Below, piece by piece: positions 1 through 15,001 of a stretch of 64,000 bases of DNA. Source of the stretch: Calcarisporiella thermophila CBS 279.70 (taxonomy: Eukaryota > Fungi > Calcarisporiellomycota). The stretch's first letter is position 1. Each line of letters starts with the position of its first letter. The position numbers and the translations under genes were made by a program. The DNA lies in contig NW_027192192.1 in the NCBI RefSeq assembly GCF_041956535.1, positions 333,247 to 397,246 on the forward strand. Direction: 5' to 3'. Under the pieces are notes generated by a model. The model made no database searches. It was given only the letters and a program-made list of their open reading frames with translations, and was not told where the DNA came from.

Positions 1-1167
1 ACCTCGACACCTGCCGTCAAAAGTAATGAATCCACGCCAGAAAGTGCGGCCTCTAAGCGAAAAACTTCAGGGCGGACCGCTAAAGGGACCAAAGCTAGCG
101 CATCAAAAACTAAAACAAAAAAGACGAATAAAAAGGAATTATCCGAGATGGAAACGGACGCGGCGACGTCTACGGCAGGCAAAACAGTAGCAGCTTCACA
201 ATCAAGGAAGGCGTCCGGTGCAAACTCTTCCGAAGAATTGAGTGGGAGTGGTAAAAAGCTCAAGGGAGCGGACTCCCTGACCGGTGTTCGAGATCATTCT
301 CGCAAACGCCAGCCGGCGGGAGGAGGAGCAGCAGCAATAGATTCCACTGATTCCACTCCGCCAACTCGACGAGTCAACAAGCCCAAATCAAACGATATCA
401 AACCAAACTCACTAGAAAAGAAAGCGTATATATCACCATCGTCATCGTCCCACAGCATCTCCAAGCGAGAGATCCCGCGCTCCGTAGCTGATTCCATGTC
501 TTACAGCAGGCAACACTTATCCCCACTTGTGGGAGAACTGTCAGACACGGGAACAAAAGCTCTTAGCCAGTCAAATCGAAACGGCCATACCCGCAGCACA
601 AGTGCAAGCTCACTCTCCTCACCTGAAACGGCAGCCGCTGACCGCAAACGAAAAGTCGACACCGGCGCAAAGTCAGACACCACGCGCCCCTATAAAATCC
701 CCAAGCGTAATGGTGGCCAGGTTGCAAATGAGCTCAAAATTGTGGACAATCTTGACGCGGTGTCCACATCCTCTTCCGCAAGCAACAGCGCTTCCACCAC
801 TCCCCTTCCCCGAGTAACAACTGTTGCGGAACTGCGCTCACTGCACGAATTATTCGCTGTTAAATACGCCGAGTACTCTGCTCTTAATGATCGCATTCAG
901 CGCGAGCGACCGCAATTGGACGAGCTTTCTAAAAGGCTACAGCAAGCGCCTGCTGGTAGCGCAGAATACTCTCGAACTTTACACAAGATGACAGACTTAG
1001 TTCAGTCTCTTGGCATACGACAGATGTCAGCGAAATATATGCGGCTTCATAGAGAGATCGAGCGGATGAAGCGTGAGATTTGGAGCGCACATGAGCAGCT
1101 GTTCAAAGATCACCCGCATCTCCAACATCTTCAGCAACAGCAACACCATCAGCCCTCGGCTGCATGA
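1..1167 (+). CDS. 3' part of an ELL-like protein with a C-terminal occludin/ELL homology domain (5'-truncated by the window)
   Basis: Frame 1 is open from base 1. A Ser/Lys-rich disordered region is followed by a helical segment (RVTTVAELRSLHELFAVKYAEYSAL...KYMRLHREIERMK) resembling Occludin_ELL. Confidence 0.6.
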   Translation, partial: TSTPAVKSNESTPESAASKRKTSGRTAKGTKASASKTKTKKTNKKELSEMETDAATSTAGKTVAASQSRKASGANSSEELSGSGKKLKGADSLTGVRDHSRKRQPAGGGAAAIDSTDSTPPTRRVNKPKSNDIKPNSLEKKAYISPSSSSHSISKREIPRSVADSMSYSRQHLSPLVGELSDTGTKALSQSNRNGHTRSTSASSLSSPETAAADRKRKVDTGAKSDTTRPYKIPKRNGGQVANELKIVDNLDAVSTSSSASNSASTTPLPRVTTVAELRSLHELFAVKYAEYSALNDRIQRERPQLDELSKRLQQAPAGSAEYSRTLHKMTDLVQSLGIRQMSAKYMRLHREIERMKREIWSAHEQLFKDHPHLQHLQQQQHHQPSAA

Positions 1168-2121
1168 CGCCTCTATCAAATAGGTGCGATACTCTGTAAA
1201 AATATTGAGAATGGAAATATATATTTCTATTTACAATGCCATTTATTACTATATAATCATTTATTTTATTAAACTTGAAAATTTCTACCTGAACTCTTTA
1301 ATAATATATTTCCCTTTTATTTCACTTTATAATTTTCACTGCGTTTGGATCATGCCTCTCATAAACTCTCACCAGATAGATCACTCAGTTAAATATTTAC
1401 AATGCTGGGCGATAATGAAAAGGCTACTTTCCCTTGGCTATATGCCGCTGGGACGCCCTGATAACTGAGATATCCAAACGTACATGTATTCTGGAGATTG
1501 CAAGTTAGTTGCCTTGGTATGCTCGAATAATTCGAAAAAAAAAAATAACGAAGGCTAGATTTCGCATTGTGTTATCGTTACGTGGTAACTCCGTACAATC
1601 TCAATTCTATTGAAGGCCCTAGTATGCATTGACCACATTAGTTGTCATTCAAATAATACTTTGGCACGCTAGTATTTTAAATGAACGGGGCCAATACCCA
1701 TCACAGGCAAAACTTGGCCAGTGCTAAAAAACCATTGAGGGGAAATTTCGACTGGTAGGGGTGCAGGTACTGTTGCGCAGATAATGGCTCAAAGAAGAAG
1801 AAATAAAATGAAAAAAGTGTATAGGGAAATGCAGATTGTTTGTATGTGCAGACCATTGCATGAAAAAGGGGGAATGTACGATCAATGCGGGTACGATCCA
1901 TAGATGCTGAAACGAACAAGTTTCAATTGGAATTTTTATTAGGAAGAATGTTGCGAGGATGGTATAACGGGGTATACTTCTATACTAAAATAACCCAAGA
2001 AGGTTCTACATGATTAACTCAATACGATTTAAGTGTTAGATAACAATGTTATATGAAAAAATATATTTGAGATGACTATGAAAACTACTAGGCTGAATTG
2101 TATTTATTTAATTTAGATATT

Positions 2122-2294
2122 TTTCTTTTGAGATTAAAGGATCTTTTATTGAAAAGTCTCCTATACAAGTTAAATGAAAGGATTATACACTCTCTACCAT
2201 TGCTTACATGTATTGCTTGTTTTACTGATGTCTACCAATATCAAACTATTAACGAAGTAGCTTAATACTCGATTCCTAGAGTATGTCCAGCACT
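2122..2294 (-). mobile_element. 5'-truncated, partly inverted LINE 3'-end fragment
   Basis: T-tail followed by GAGATTAAAGGATCTTTTATTGAAAAGT matches the LINE terminus at 62763-62798. About 2180-2253 matches LINE 62809-62880 in inverted orientation. Flanked by target copies at 2106-2121 and 2295-2310. Confidence 0.8.
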
Positions 2295-2310
2295 ATTAAA
2301 TTTAGATATT

Positions 2311-2645
2311 TTTTTTTTGATCAATCAATGGAAACTTTTATTTAATTTCCATATATTACATGAAGTTAATGTCAATGGACTTAACGAGATATAGGTCCTT
2401 GATCGATAGACTTTCAATCGATATGCGTGTATCGCAGTTGTCGTGAATAGCATGTACGTGAAACCGATGTAATCTTTTGTACTTATCGTAAGGGCGGTCT
2501 TTTTTTCAATAATCAAGACTCAGCTTCTGATCAAGTGGATAGCAGTCACAAACTAAGAGTAAGTGCTGGTGGGGGAAGTGGGATTCGAACCCACGCCGTT
2601 CACATCGGCATCCCAGGGATAGTCCACTACACTAACCCTCCCCCC
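2311..2645 (-). mobile_element. tRNA-derived SINE (about 335 bp) with 16-bp target-site duplication
   Basis: Head has an A-box-like TTAGTGTAGTGG and B box GGTTCGAATCC. No run of 4 or more T on the sense strand. AATAAA and a poly(A) tail at the 3' end. Perfect direct repeat ATTAAATTTAGATATT at 2295-2310 and 2646-2661. Confidence 0.9.
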
Positions 2646-2726
2646 ATTAAATTTAGATATTATTAATATTTCGACTGCGCCACATTTGCAAATACTAACA
2701 TTATTCTGTGAAACATTTTTTGTAGA

Positions 2727-2810
2727 GGTGATATGGTCGAGCGGTCTAAGACGTTAGACTCAAGTTCTAATCTGCGTAAGCAGGCGTGGGTTCGAATCCC
2801 ACTGTCACCA
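2727..2810 (+). tRNA. tRNA-Leu(CAA), intronless
   Basis: Acceptor stem GGTGATA/TGTCACC, anticodon loop CTCAAGT, long variable arm, T arm GTGGG-TTCGAAT-CCCAC, T6 terminator at 2815. Confidence 0.97.
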
Positions 2811-3631
2811 ATTGTTTTTTCCAATTTTTTTTTATATTTTTATATACTAAACGTAATGATTTGGAATTTATGCACACAGGCTATAAACTTATAAGTATAA
2901 CAATAGCATAGGCAGTAGCGCTAAGATATTCAGTTCAAAATTTTTGTTTATTTAAAAATCAACTTTTTTGACTATTTCTAATCAGAACTTTAATGCAGAA
3001 TTGGCTCCGAGCAGAACGATTCGTTTTACGACAAAGTTCTGTGAGAGGCTCCGTGTTTGATATTCTGAATGTTTTTGTGCCATCATCGTTAGTCACCCTC
3101 CAGACACGAACCCTCACCACCGGAGCATACCAGACTGTGGCTGTTGCATTAATTCCAAGAGATGGAATAATTCCTTATGCATTTGTATCTAATTGCTTGT
3201 GACGAATACCTATTCTCAACCTGTTCCACACCCATTCAGTATCCTGGTGCTTATTTGAGAAGGCGCAATATACCTCAAAAGTTTATCCCAGCAAATGAAA
3301 TTGTTTAGCTTGGTTTATTATCAACTTTCACAAGGTTTATTATGTGCACACAACCACAGATATTCGCATTCTTTCTTTAGCACTTATGGCTTTTCTCTCT
3401 CACCTCAACACGCCTAAACTTCTTAAGCCAAAACAATAGCCTTCCTCTTCTGGTTCGCTTCTCTGCGTTTTTTTCCTTGGAATATCGGTTGCTTCTCTCC
3501 CCTCTCGAGAAAATATGCCAGGCTCTGATCTACATCTTTAAATATTTTGTTTAAAGTGCTACGCAATCTTTTCTCCAGCCTGAAGTTTTAGCGCACTGCA
3601 GTTTACATTATCGGCTCCTCTTCAACAATTA

Positions 3632-3994
3632 ATGAACATAATGAACACCAGGGCCACCGCAGTTCTTGTAGACCAATTTTCGACAGAGTCCTTTCTAGAA
3701 GTGAACCAAGAGAAGAGGAGAAAGGCAACGATACAGGAACGCGTGAATCATCGTGCTTTTATAACCCGCACTAAATGTAAAAAGAGAAAACATAAAGGGG
3801 GGAAAGAAAATATCCCTCCTTTGCCCGTGCAGCATATCTGCCTTCCGCGACCCAAACTGGTCCCAGTACTGTGTATACTGGAGCCGACTCGGCTAGGTCA
3901 AGGGGTTCGAGTGCTCAATTCTCGTCATGGTATGAGCGGGAAAACCTTACCGAAAGGTAGGCTGGCTAATGTCTTGGTCGAGTGTTCACGCTAG
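3632..3994 (+). CDS. Hypothetical small basic protein containing KENIPP (KEN-box-like)
   Basis: 120-aa intronless ORF in otherwise unassigned space; no recognised domain. Confidence 0.35.
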   Translation: MNIMNTRATAVLVDQFSTESFLEVNQEKRRKATIQERVNHRAFITRTKCKKRKHKGGKENIPPLPVQHICLPRPKLVPVLCILEPTRLGQGVRVLNSRHGMSGKTLPKGRLANVLVECSR

Positions 3995-4226
3995 ATTTCT
4001 ATTATCATGTTTAACTCGACAACATTCATTCGTTCACCCATTCTATTTCACATCCAAAGAAAAGTTTATGCATTTTTCTTCATCCATTGCAGGAACGGGT
4101 CGGGACTGGTTTATCATGATCCAAATTGTAGGCTGTAAATATCGATTATCATTTATGTATGATCATAATAATATATGCGTTTAATATCTTCAAAATATAA
4201 GCTATTTTGTTTTATAATTCTAAAAC

Positions 4227-5029
4227 CTATTTCTGCTTATCAGCACCCCTCTCTAACTTGTCAATTACCACACTTGTCACCAGCTCACGTAGTCGTTCAT
4301 CCTTTTCTTCCTCGCCCACGCTAGCAGTCATGATTTCCTCCACACGGTTAAAGAATGCACTTCCATTGGGTATATCATTTTCTTCGCCAGTTGCGTTTTC
4401 ATCATGATTGACTTCTTCATTCAAATGTGAATAAGCTTCTGTGATCTGTGGTGGGACCTCCTCGCCTGTCTTGGACCTTAAATATGCAGCAGCTTCTTCC
4501 CAGCCTTCTTCAAATGCAACCACTGCAGCCTAAATAATAAACTGAGTTAGAAAGGTCGCAACCTTGTATATCGCGATCATATCCTACCGTTTTTCCTTCT
4601 GAATTCTTAACTGTAGGATCCGCTCCAAATTCCAAAAGCATTTCTGCCATCTCTTTCTCCTCTGCAACATAGAGAGGTGTGTCTCCGCAGTGATCGCGTT
4701 GATTTACATCTGCTCCACGCTCTATGAGGAACTTAACGAGTTCATAGTGATTGTAGGAAACTGCTGCTTGTCTAAAACCAATAACAAAATAGCATGGATT
4801 AAAATTAACGAAGATATTGTAGTAGTCGGATTAATTCCAATACTTTACAGTGGCGTATACCCAAAGTCATCTTCAGCATTTACATCTATTCCGGAATCAA
4901 GAAGCTCCTTAACTCGATCCAGCTTACCATCCCCTATACTCTTATAAGAATTGATGGATACTTGCAATTCACGGAGAAATTACGATTAGTTTTACCAGCA
5001 GCCAGCCAAATATTATCTGTTGTTGCCAT
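4227..5029 (-). CDS. Small ankyrin-repeat protein (YGL242C-like), 4 exons
   Basis: Spliced product MATTDNIWLAAGDGKLDRVKELLDSGIDVNAEDDFGYTPL...GADVNQRDHCGDTPL...GADPTVKNSEGKT contains ankyrin consensus repeats. Confidence 0.85.
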
Positions 5030-5159
5030 TGTCCTCTGATATTTTTGAAATCGAAGAAACTAATTTTAATAGTTAAGCAAATATAAAATAACGGTCACGA
5101 TATTTTCAGATCGAAAACAGCTCGAAGCCTAAGTTAGATAATCTTCAGCTCTCTCCATA

Positions 5160-6237
5160 ATGGACACTAGCAAAGCTGATACGCCAGCGTTTACATTTGA
5201 TGTCTTTAAGCGCATCCAGCCAAGTGAATACATTCGCCGCTTTTTGGAACAGCAAGTACGCCCAGATGGACGTCCCTTAAATCGGTTTAGAAAGACCGCG
5301 CTTAACACCGGCACAATCACAACTGCCGACGGATCGGCAGTTGCGCGGTTAGGTGGAACTACAGTTGTATGTGGAATAAAGGCTGAAGTTGCAGAGCCAA
5401 AAATTAATAAACCAAACGAAGGATATCTAGGTATTACTCAACAACGTCCAATGGCTTTTGAAGTGATGTTTAATGCAGTTTATCTTATAGTGCCAAATCT
5501 GGAGCTATCACCAATATGTTCGTCCAAGTTTAAACCCGGTCCACCTATGGAGCAGGCTCAAGTAATGAGTGAACTACTAGATACAGTATTTAAACAGTGA
5601 GTCATCAATAAATTGTAAGAGACAAAGTTCGAAATTAATATCGATTGTTCATGTATAGGTGCTCAGTGCTACGATTATCAGACCTTTGCATCGAGGAAGG
5701 AAAAGCAGTATGGGTTCTCTATGCAGATCTTTTGTGCTTGAATTATGATGGAAACGTTATTGATGCGGCTTTAATTGCGTTAGTTTCTGCTCTAAAAAAC
5801 TGTAATACCTATGCATATTTAGTGAATATATATAGTTTATTAATATGCTGTCAATTTAGTGCGACTTCCCAGTGCAAGTTATAACGATGGTTTGGTGAAG
5901 GCAACTGAAGATCGTCCCATCCAAATTCAATTGCAACGGATCCCTCTTTCCTCTACTTTCGCTTTATTTGAGGGGTATGTCTGACCCGCTTTTTATGATA
6001 GCAATTATCTAGCACTATAATTTAATTTATTGATATTACAGGCAATATCTGCTCAGTGATCCCAATGAGGCTGAAGAGTCTATAACCGAAGAGATGATAA
6101 CAGTGGTGGTGGATGAGCGTGGCCAGTTGTGCCACGTGCGTAAAACGGGCGGCTTAAGCACAACACCAGAAATACTTCGGCAATGTATTGAAGCGGCAAG
6201 AAGCCGGTATTCCGAAGTAGAAAAGATTCTTGCATAA
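5160..6237 (+). CDS. RRP43: Exosome complex subunit Rrp43 (RNase PH family), 5 exons
   Basis: RPDGRPLNRFR, ADGSAVARLGGTTVVCGIKAE, LCIEEGKAVWVLYADLLCLNYDGNVIDA and LLSDPNEAEE motifs. Confidence 0.9.
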
Positions 6238-6466
6238 TATTTGTAAATAAAAGTTGTTTTACAACCATGGTTGTAGTGAAAGGACATTTTTTTTCTCGCA
6301 TATAAGTGAGCAAATTAAGCCTACTATAGAGCTGAAAGATTCTGCGCAAATTTTATTTCATTAGCAATCAAAACTTGGTCTTTATTCTCGATAAAAAGCA
6401 ATAAAAATTTTTTTGGAAAAAATCATAAATAAATATTTGAAAATCTGCTAGATTAATTCAATGTCT

Positions 6467-7509
6467 CTAGCATGCTATCGCTAGCGCAAGTGGTCCTCCC
6501 TTAGGAGATTTGACTACACCAGCAGAATATTGTGGCATGAACACACGTCTGAATTTGGACGTAGAGTTGCCAATACTACGGTGCCGGACATATCCGGACA
6601 TAAACACAATGCTTCCTGCTTGGATACGTACAGTCACTTGTGAGGATGATTGAGCATCTGTAATAGGAGGATAGAGTTTAGCGAGCCCACGATGAAATTG
6701 CGAGTATTCATCAAGATTATTTGGAGTCACATCTTCGCTATACTCTGAGACATATGGTTCAATGAATAGCGTGCCATTATTCTAAAATTTCTAGATTCAG
6801 TACAATTTTATCAGTTCCTTAACCCGCGAAGTATTACCTCATCAACATCGTCAAGCGCTATCCAGCAAGAAATTGAAGGAACAACACTTGATATGTTATC
6901 CATATACTCTGAATCCTGGTGCCACGCAAACTGCGCTTGAGAACTCCTAGGAGGTTTGACAATATACTGCTCATTAAACTAAAAGATTTATTGACAAATT
7001 GTATAGTATAATATGAAAGAACTTTATAATCATTATCGGTATTTACCAAATATACATTTTCAAACAGCAAAAACTGCTTGGCAATAGCAGGAATTTTTCC
7101 TAAAAGCAGTGATATAACATCTCTATTAATTTGTGAGCGCATGTTTACGTAGGTATCACGATTTGTCTTGTAATCTTTATCATCGGGAGCATCAAAGTAT
7201 CCACAGGAGAGTGTCTCTGCATTATGATGGTAAGCGAAGCATTCAATATTACTTTTGATGAAGCATTTACCTATAACGCATCCCATATCGCAAAGTAAGT
7301 CGCGATCGTTGTAAACAAAATTAACTAATACATCGCATTCATCGCGAAGTAGTTTGATTTCTGTTTGCGAAAGAACTGTTTATTTGAACAGAGATGAACT
7401 ATAAGTTGAAAATAAGGAAGTCATCAAAAAAAATAAGACCATTCTCGCAAATCGCATAGCCTTTCGTGTGGAATTGGTGAATTAGAGAATTCGAGATCCT
7501 CATTTTCAT
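6467..7509 (-). CDS. PhyH-family Fe(II)/2-oxoglutarate dioxygenase
   Basis: N-terminal QFHTKGYAICENVLSQTEIKLLR, WHQDSEY (HxD) and C-terminal GSIVFMSGYVRHRSIGNSTSKFRR (H...R). Confidence 0.8.
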
Positions 7510-7610
7510 ATATACAAATTTTTACATTAATTTAAGTCTAGGATTCCATTACTCTTCCTTCGATAGAAAGTCACAATTAAAAGCCACAGAATGGTTTATT
7601 TCTCCTATAT

Positions 7611-9279
7611 CTAATACACTGGAAAATCGCTATCTATCTCTCGAGACCATTGTCTTAGTCCTCCGATAATATCTTTTGATATAATTCCAAATCTTCTCAA
7701 AATATCGACTGCTAATTGTGAATCATTTCCCAGACGGCATATTACATACACTATCAATATACAGTTAATAAAAGGAAATTTGTAAATATCTTGAATAAAT
7801 ATTAGCTTACCTGGCTTCGACTCATCTTTTATTGATTCTCTCACCTCGTCGATCCGAGATTCAAGCTGTTTTATAGGCACATTCACACTGCCGTCCAACG
7901 CACATATTTCATATTGCACCTTCTCACGCACATCGAGCAACAAATGAGGAGATGTGCGGTCTTTGTTATATTCTTGAACCGTAATACGATCTTGTGGTGA
8001 CAAAACTGTTATATCAGGCGTTTTGTCGAGTGCACCTCTTCCACAAAAGGCTACATAGTCAATAAGGCTGCGTTGTGTGGGATTCTCACCACATACACTA
8101 CAATCATGTCGTCGTGCGCGTAACTTGATATGCCGGAACATCGGTGCGGTGGTAGCGGAAAATAGAAGTAGCCATGGCTGCACCTGGTCTAAAGATTTAT
8201 TATAATGAGAATTGAATTCTACTCTGACGAGATAAAACGCTAAAATAACCTTGAATTTCAGCTAAAATTTTGATTGCTTCTAAGGCTTGTAAGCATCCAA
8301 TGATTCCCGGGACTATAAAAATAACAATGAAAATATATCTTATTGATACAGTAGTGAATCAATTCCCATAAATTATTCACATACCAACTCCAAGGACCCC
8401 ATTGTCGGAACAATTTTGAACTGTTTCTGGAGGAGGTGGGGTAGGGTATAAACAGCGATAGCATGGCCCACCCTTCCAGTTATATACAGTAAGTTGACCT
8501 TCAGTGCGAAGTGCGCTTCCAGAAACAAGCGGTTTTCCAAGCATAACACATGCATCATTTAAAAGGTATCGTGTTGCTGCATTGTCGGTACAATCGAGGA
8601 CAAGATCATAAGGCTTTATAAGATTGAGAGCATTTGAGCTGTCGATAAGTAAATCATGAACATGTACTGTAACAGTTGGGTTCAGACTAAGAAAAAATTA
8701 TATTTAAGTTAGTTCTAGTTGAAGAAATAATGTTAGGAAAAATTGAGTATTACTCTTCAATTGCCATCTTTGCAGAAACGACCTTCGAGATACCCGTACG
8801 AGATTCTCCATGAATAATTTGGCGATGAAGATTGGATGTATCTACTGTGTCATAATCCACAATTCCAATTTCTCCCACACCCGCACCAGCAAGATAAAGT
8901 GCAGCAGGGGCACCAAGTCCCCCTGCACCGACAATGAGTATCGATGCTTGACGTAATTTGAGTTGCCCTAAATATAATGTTAGCTAGCCGATATTTTAAA
9001 ACGAAAAGACAGTATTGCAATAAAAAAACCTTTCATTCCAAATCCATCTAGAATTAATTGCCTCCCATATCGCATTATCTCCTCCTTATTTAATCTATTT
9101 TCTCCTTTGCTCATGCTACTCTTTTCTATGCCTTCATTTTTCCTGGATTCTGGGAGCAAAGAGGATTCTACATTGCCGATTTGTAGCAGTTCCTTTAGCT
9201 GTTTATTTTCTAATTCGAGCTTTGCAATCCTGGCTTTAAGCTCATCTATTTCATCTAATTTTATCGTATCTGAAGACAT
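7611..9279 (-). CDS. UBA4: Adenylyltransferase/sulfurtransferase Uba4/MOCS3 (ThiF + rhodanese domains)
   Basis: [35 protein letters not shown] and C-terminal rhodanese motif ICRLGNDSQ. Confidence 0.95.
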
Positions 9280-10332
9280 CGCTTAAAGAGTTTTTAAGTG
9301 TGGCAATTATCTCTACAAACAAATGCTTAAATGCAGCAGTCACAGTCAATTTGACTAACGAATTGCCACACCGCAATTGCATAATTACAAATATAAAGTA
9401 TATCAATCGCTCAAATTATATCCAGACATTAAAAAATAGTAAAGTTCGCTGAATGATTATAATAATCATTGAACAATGTACTACACACAGTATTTTCAAT
9501 AATGTATTCAAACCATAGTTGAAGGAGAGAAAGCATAACATCAGAGGGATTAAGACGAAGTAAATATGCACATTGTGAATATCCTATTAATATACACATT
9601 ATAAAAATTGGAATTTGTTCTCTTGTTTACTGATACTTCGTGTGTCCTTTATAGCTCACAGCCGTTTCATCATGCTTACATAGAACTTGTTGATATACTC
9701 CAATTCTATATTCTTTCACTCATCTGCTCGTTCCTATAATTCCTCCTTATTCTAAAGAATTAAATTTGCCTTGGTTCCTTAACTGTTTCAGGTCAATTTC
9801 AGAACTCCATGAAATTAGCCTATAATTCGCAATGCCCCTATTGAATGCTCATTAATTATTTCTTCTATTACCTGGAGTACGCATAAATTAACCCTTTCCA
9901 AGGATTTATGTATTTTCAAGGTCTTTCTTTTATTTAGCATTTACTAATCTGATTGTATGAAAGAGATGATTCTCCCCTACAAAACTTGTTCACGGAAAAA
10001 TCCTATCGGTATCTAACCTAGGGGAACTTAATAACAGGTACAAGATAATTAAATACAAGGTTTGGTCTTTGGCATAAGGCTTTTGCATATATTTTGTAGG
10101 AGTTGTGACAATTGGAACTAGTATCATATTATCTCATTCCTTTCTATTTCGAGAAAAAAAAAAAAAAGACTGATGGAGTATATGATTAAAATATATGAAA
10201 TATTATATAAAAAAGTACGAGGATAGGTTTAAAATGATAAAATTCTAAAGAAGGGAAAGAATAAAAAAGAGGTCGTGAATTTCTATATCTATGCACAGAT
10301 TTCTGAATTTTATTTTATAAATACTCTCGCAT

Positions 10333-14387
<4,055 letters not shown>

Positions 14388-14850
14388 TATGGAATTGAGA
14401 AAAAGAGAAAAATAGAGAAATAGCTATACAAGAAAAGAGGAAATCCAAGGAATTTTCTTCAAGTTTTTTGGCGTATATATTTCGTAGTAATAGCCTTCTT
14501 TTTTTCTTAAAAATTTACAGAGGACATTCGGCGACGGTCTTTTTTAATAACACTAGTTCAACTTCCACTTTGGAACTGAGCAAGTCGGCAAAAAGAAAAA
14601 CAATATCTGAATGCGTCAACAAGTTACGTCACCACATATCGTTCGGAAATTTTCCTTAACATTAATAGACATGAACGGTCGTTGTATTATTATATTTTTG
14701 GCATAGTAGCTTAAGATTTTGATAGATTTGTAGATTTCAAAAAGAATTGTAGAGAATAGCAGAATCATTTAATATACGTTAATAATCACTTTTACTTTCT
14801 TATTTTCACGCGAATATTTAACTAATACCGAGAAGTCGAAAAATTATCGG

Positions 14851-14900
14851 CTCACCACACGAACCACCAATCGATGCGTGAATCGTACCACCAAATCGAT
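14851..14900 (+). promoter_or_regulatory. Putative SRE-like elements plus CCAAT box upstream of ERG6
   Basis: CTCACCACAC (14851), ATCGTACCAC (14882), CCAAT (14867) and a duplicated ACCACCAA(A)TCGAT unit. Confidence 0.35.
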
Positions 14901-15001
14901 TAAATAAGAACAGAAAACAACCATTTCGCCTCTCTCTCTCTTTTATTCACAATTCCCTTCCTTTTTTCTTACCAAACTAGAATCATATACGCCCATTCGT
15001 A

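Noticed and set aside
2567-2645. Second tRNA gene or tRNA-Sec on the minus strand
   Set aside because: No 7-nt anticodon loop and no UCA anticodon. It lies within a TSD-flanked, poly(A)-tailed unit, so it is a SINE head.
2993-3298. ORF interrupted by TGA as a possible selenoprotein
   Set aside because: No recognisable redox motif, homology or SECIS element.
3840-4020. Hairpins (CCAGTA/TACTGG, TACC-GAAA-GGTA) as a ribozyme or SRP RNA
   Set aside because: Core hammerhead, HDV and SRP helix-8 motifs are absent, and the region overlaps a plausible ORF.
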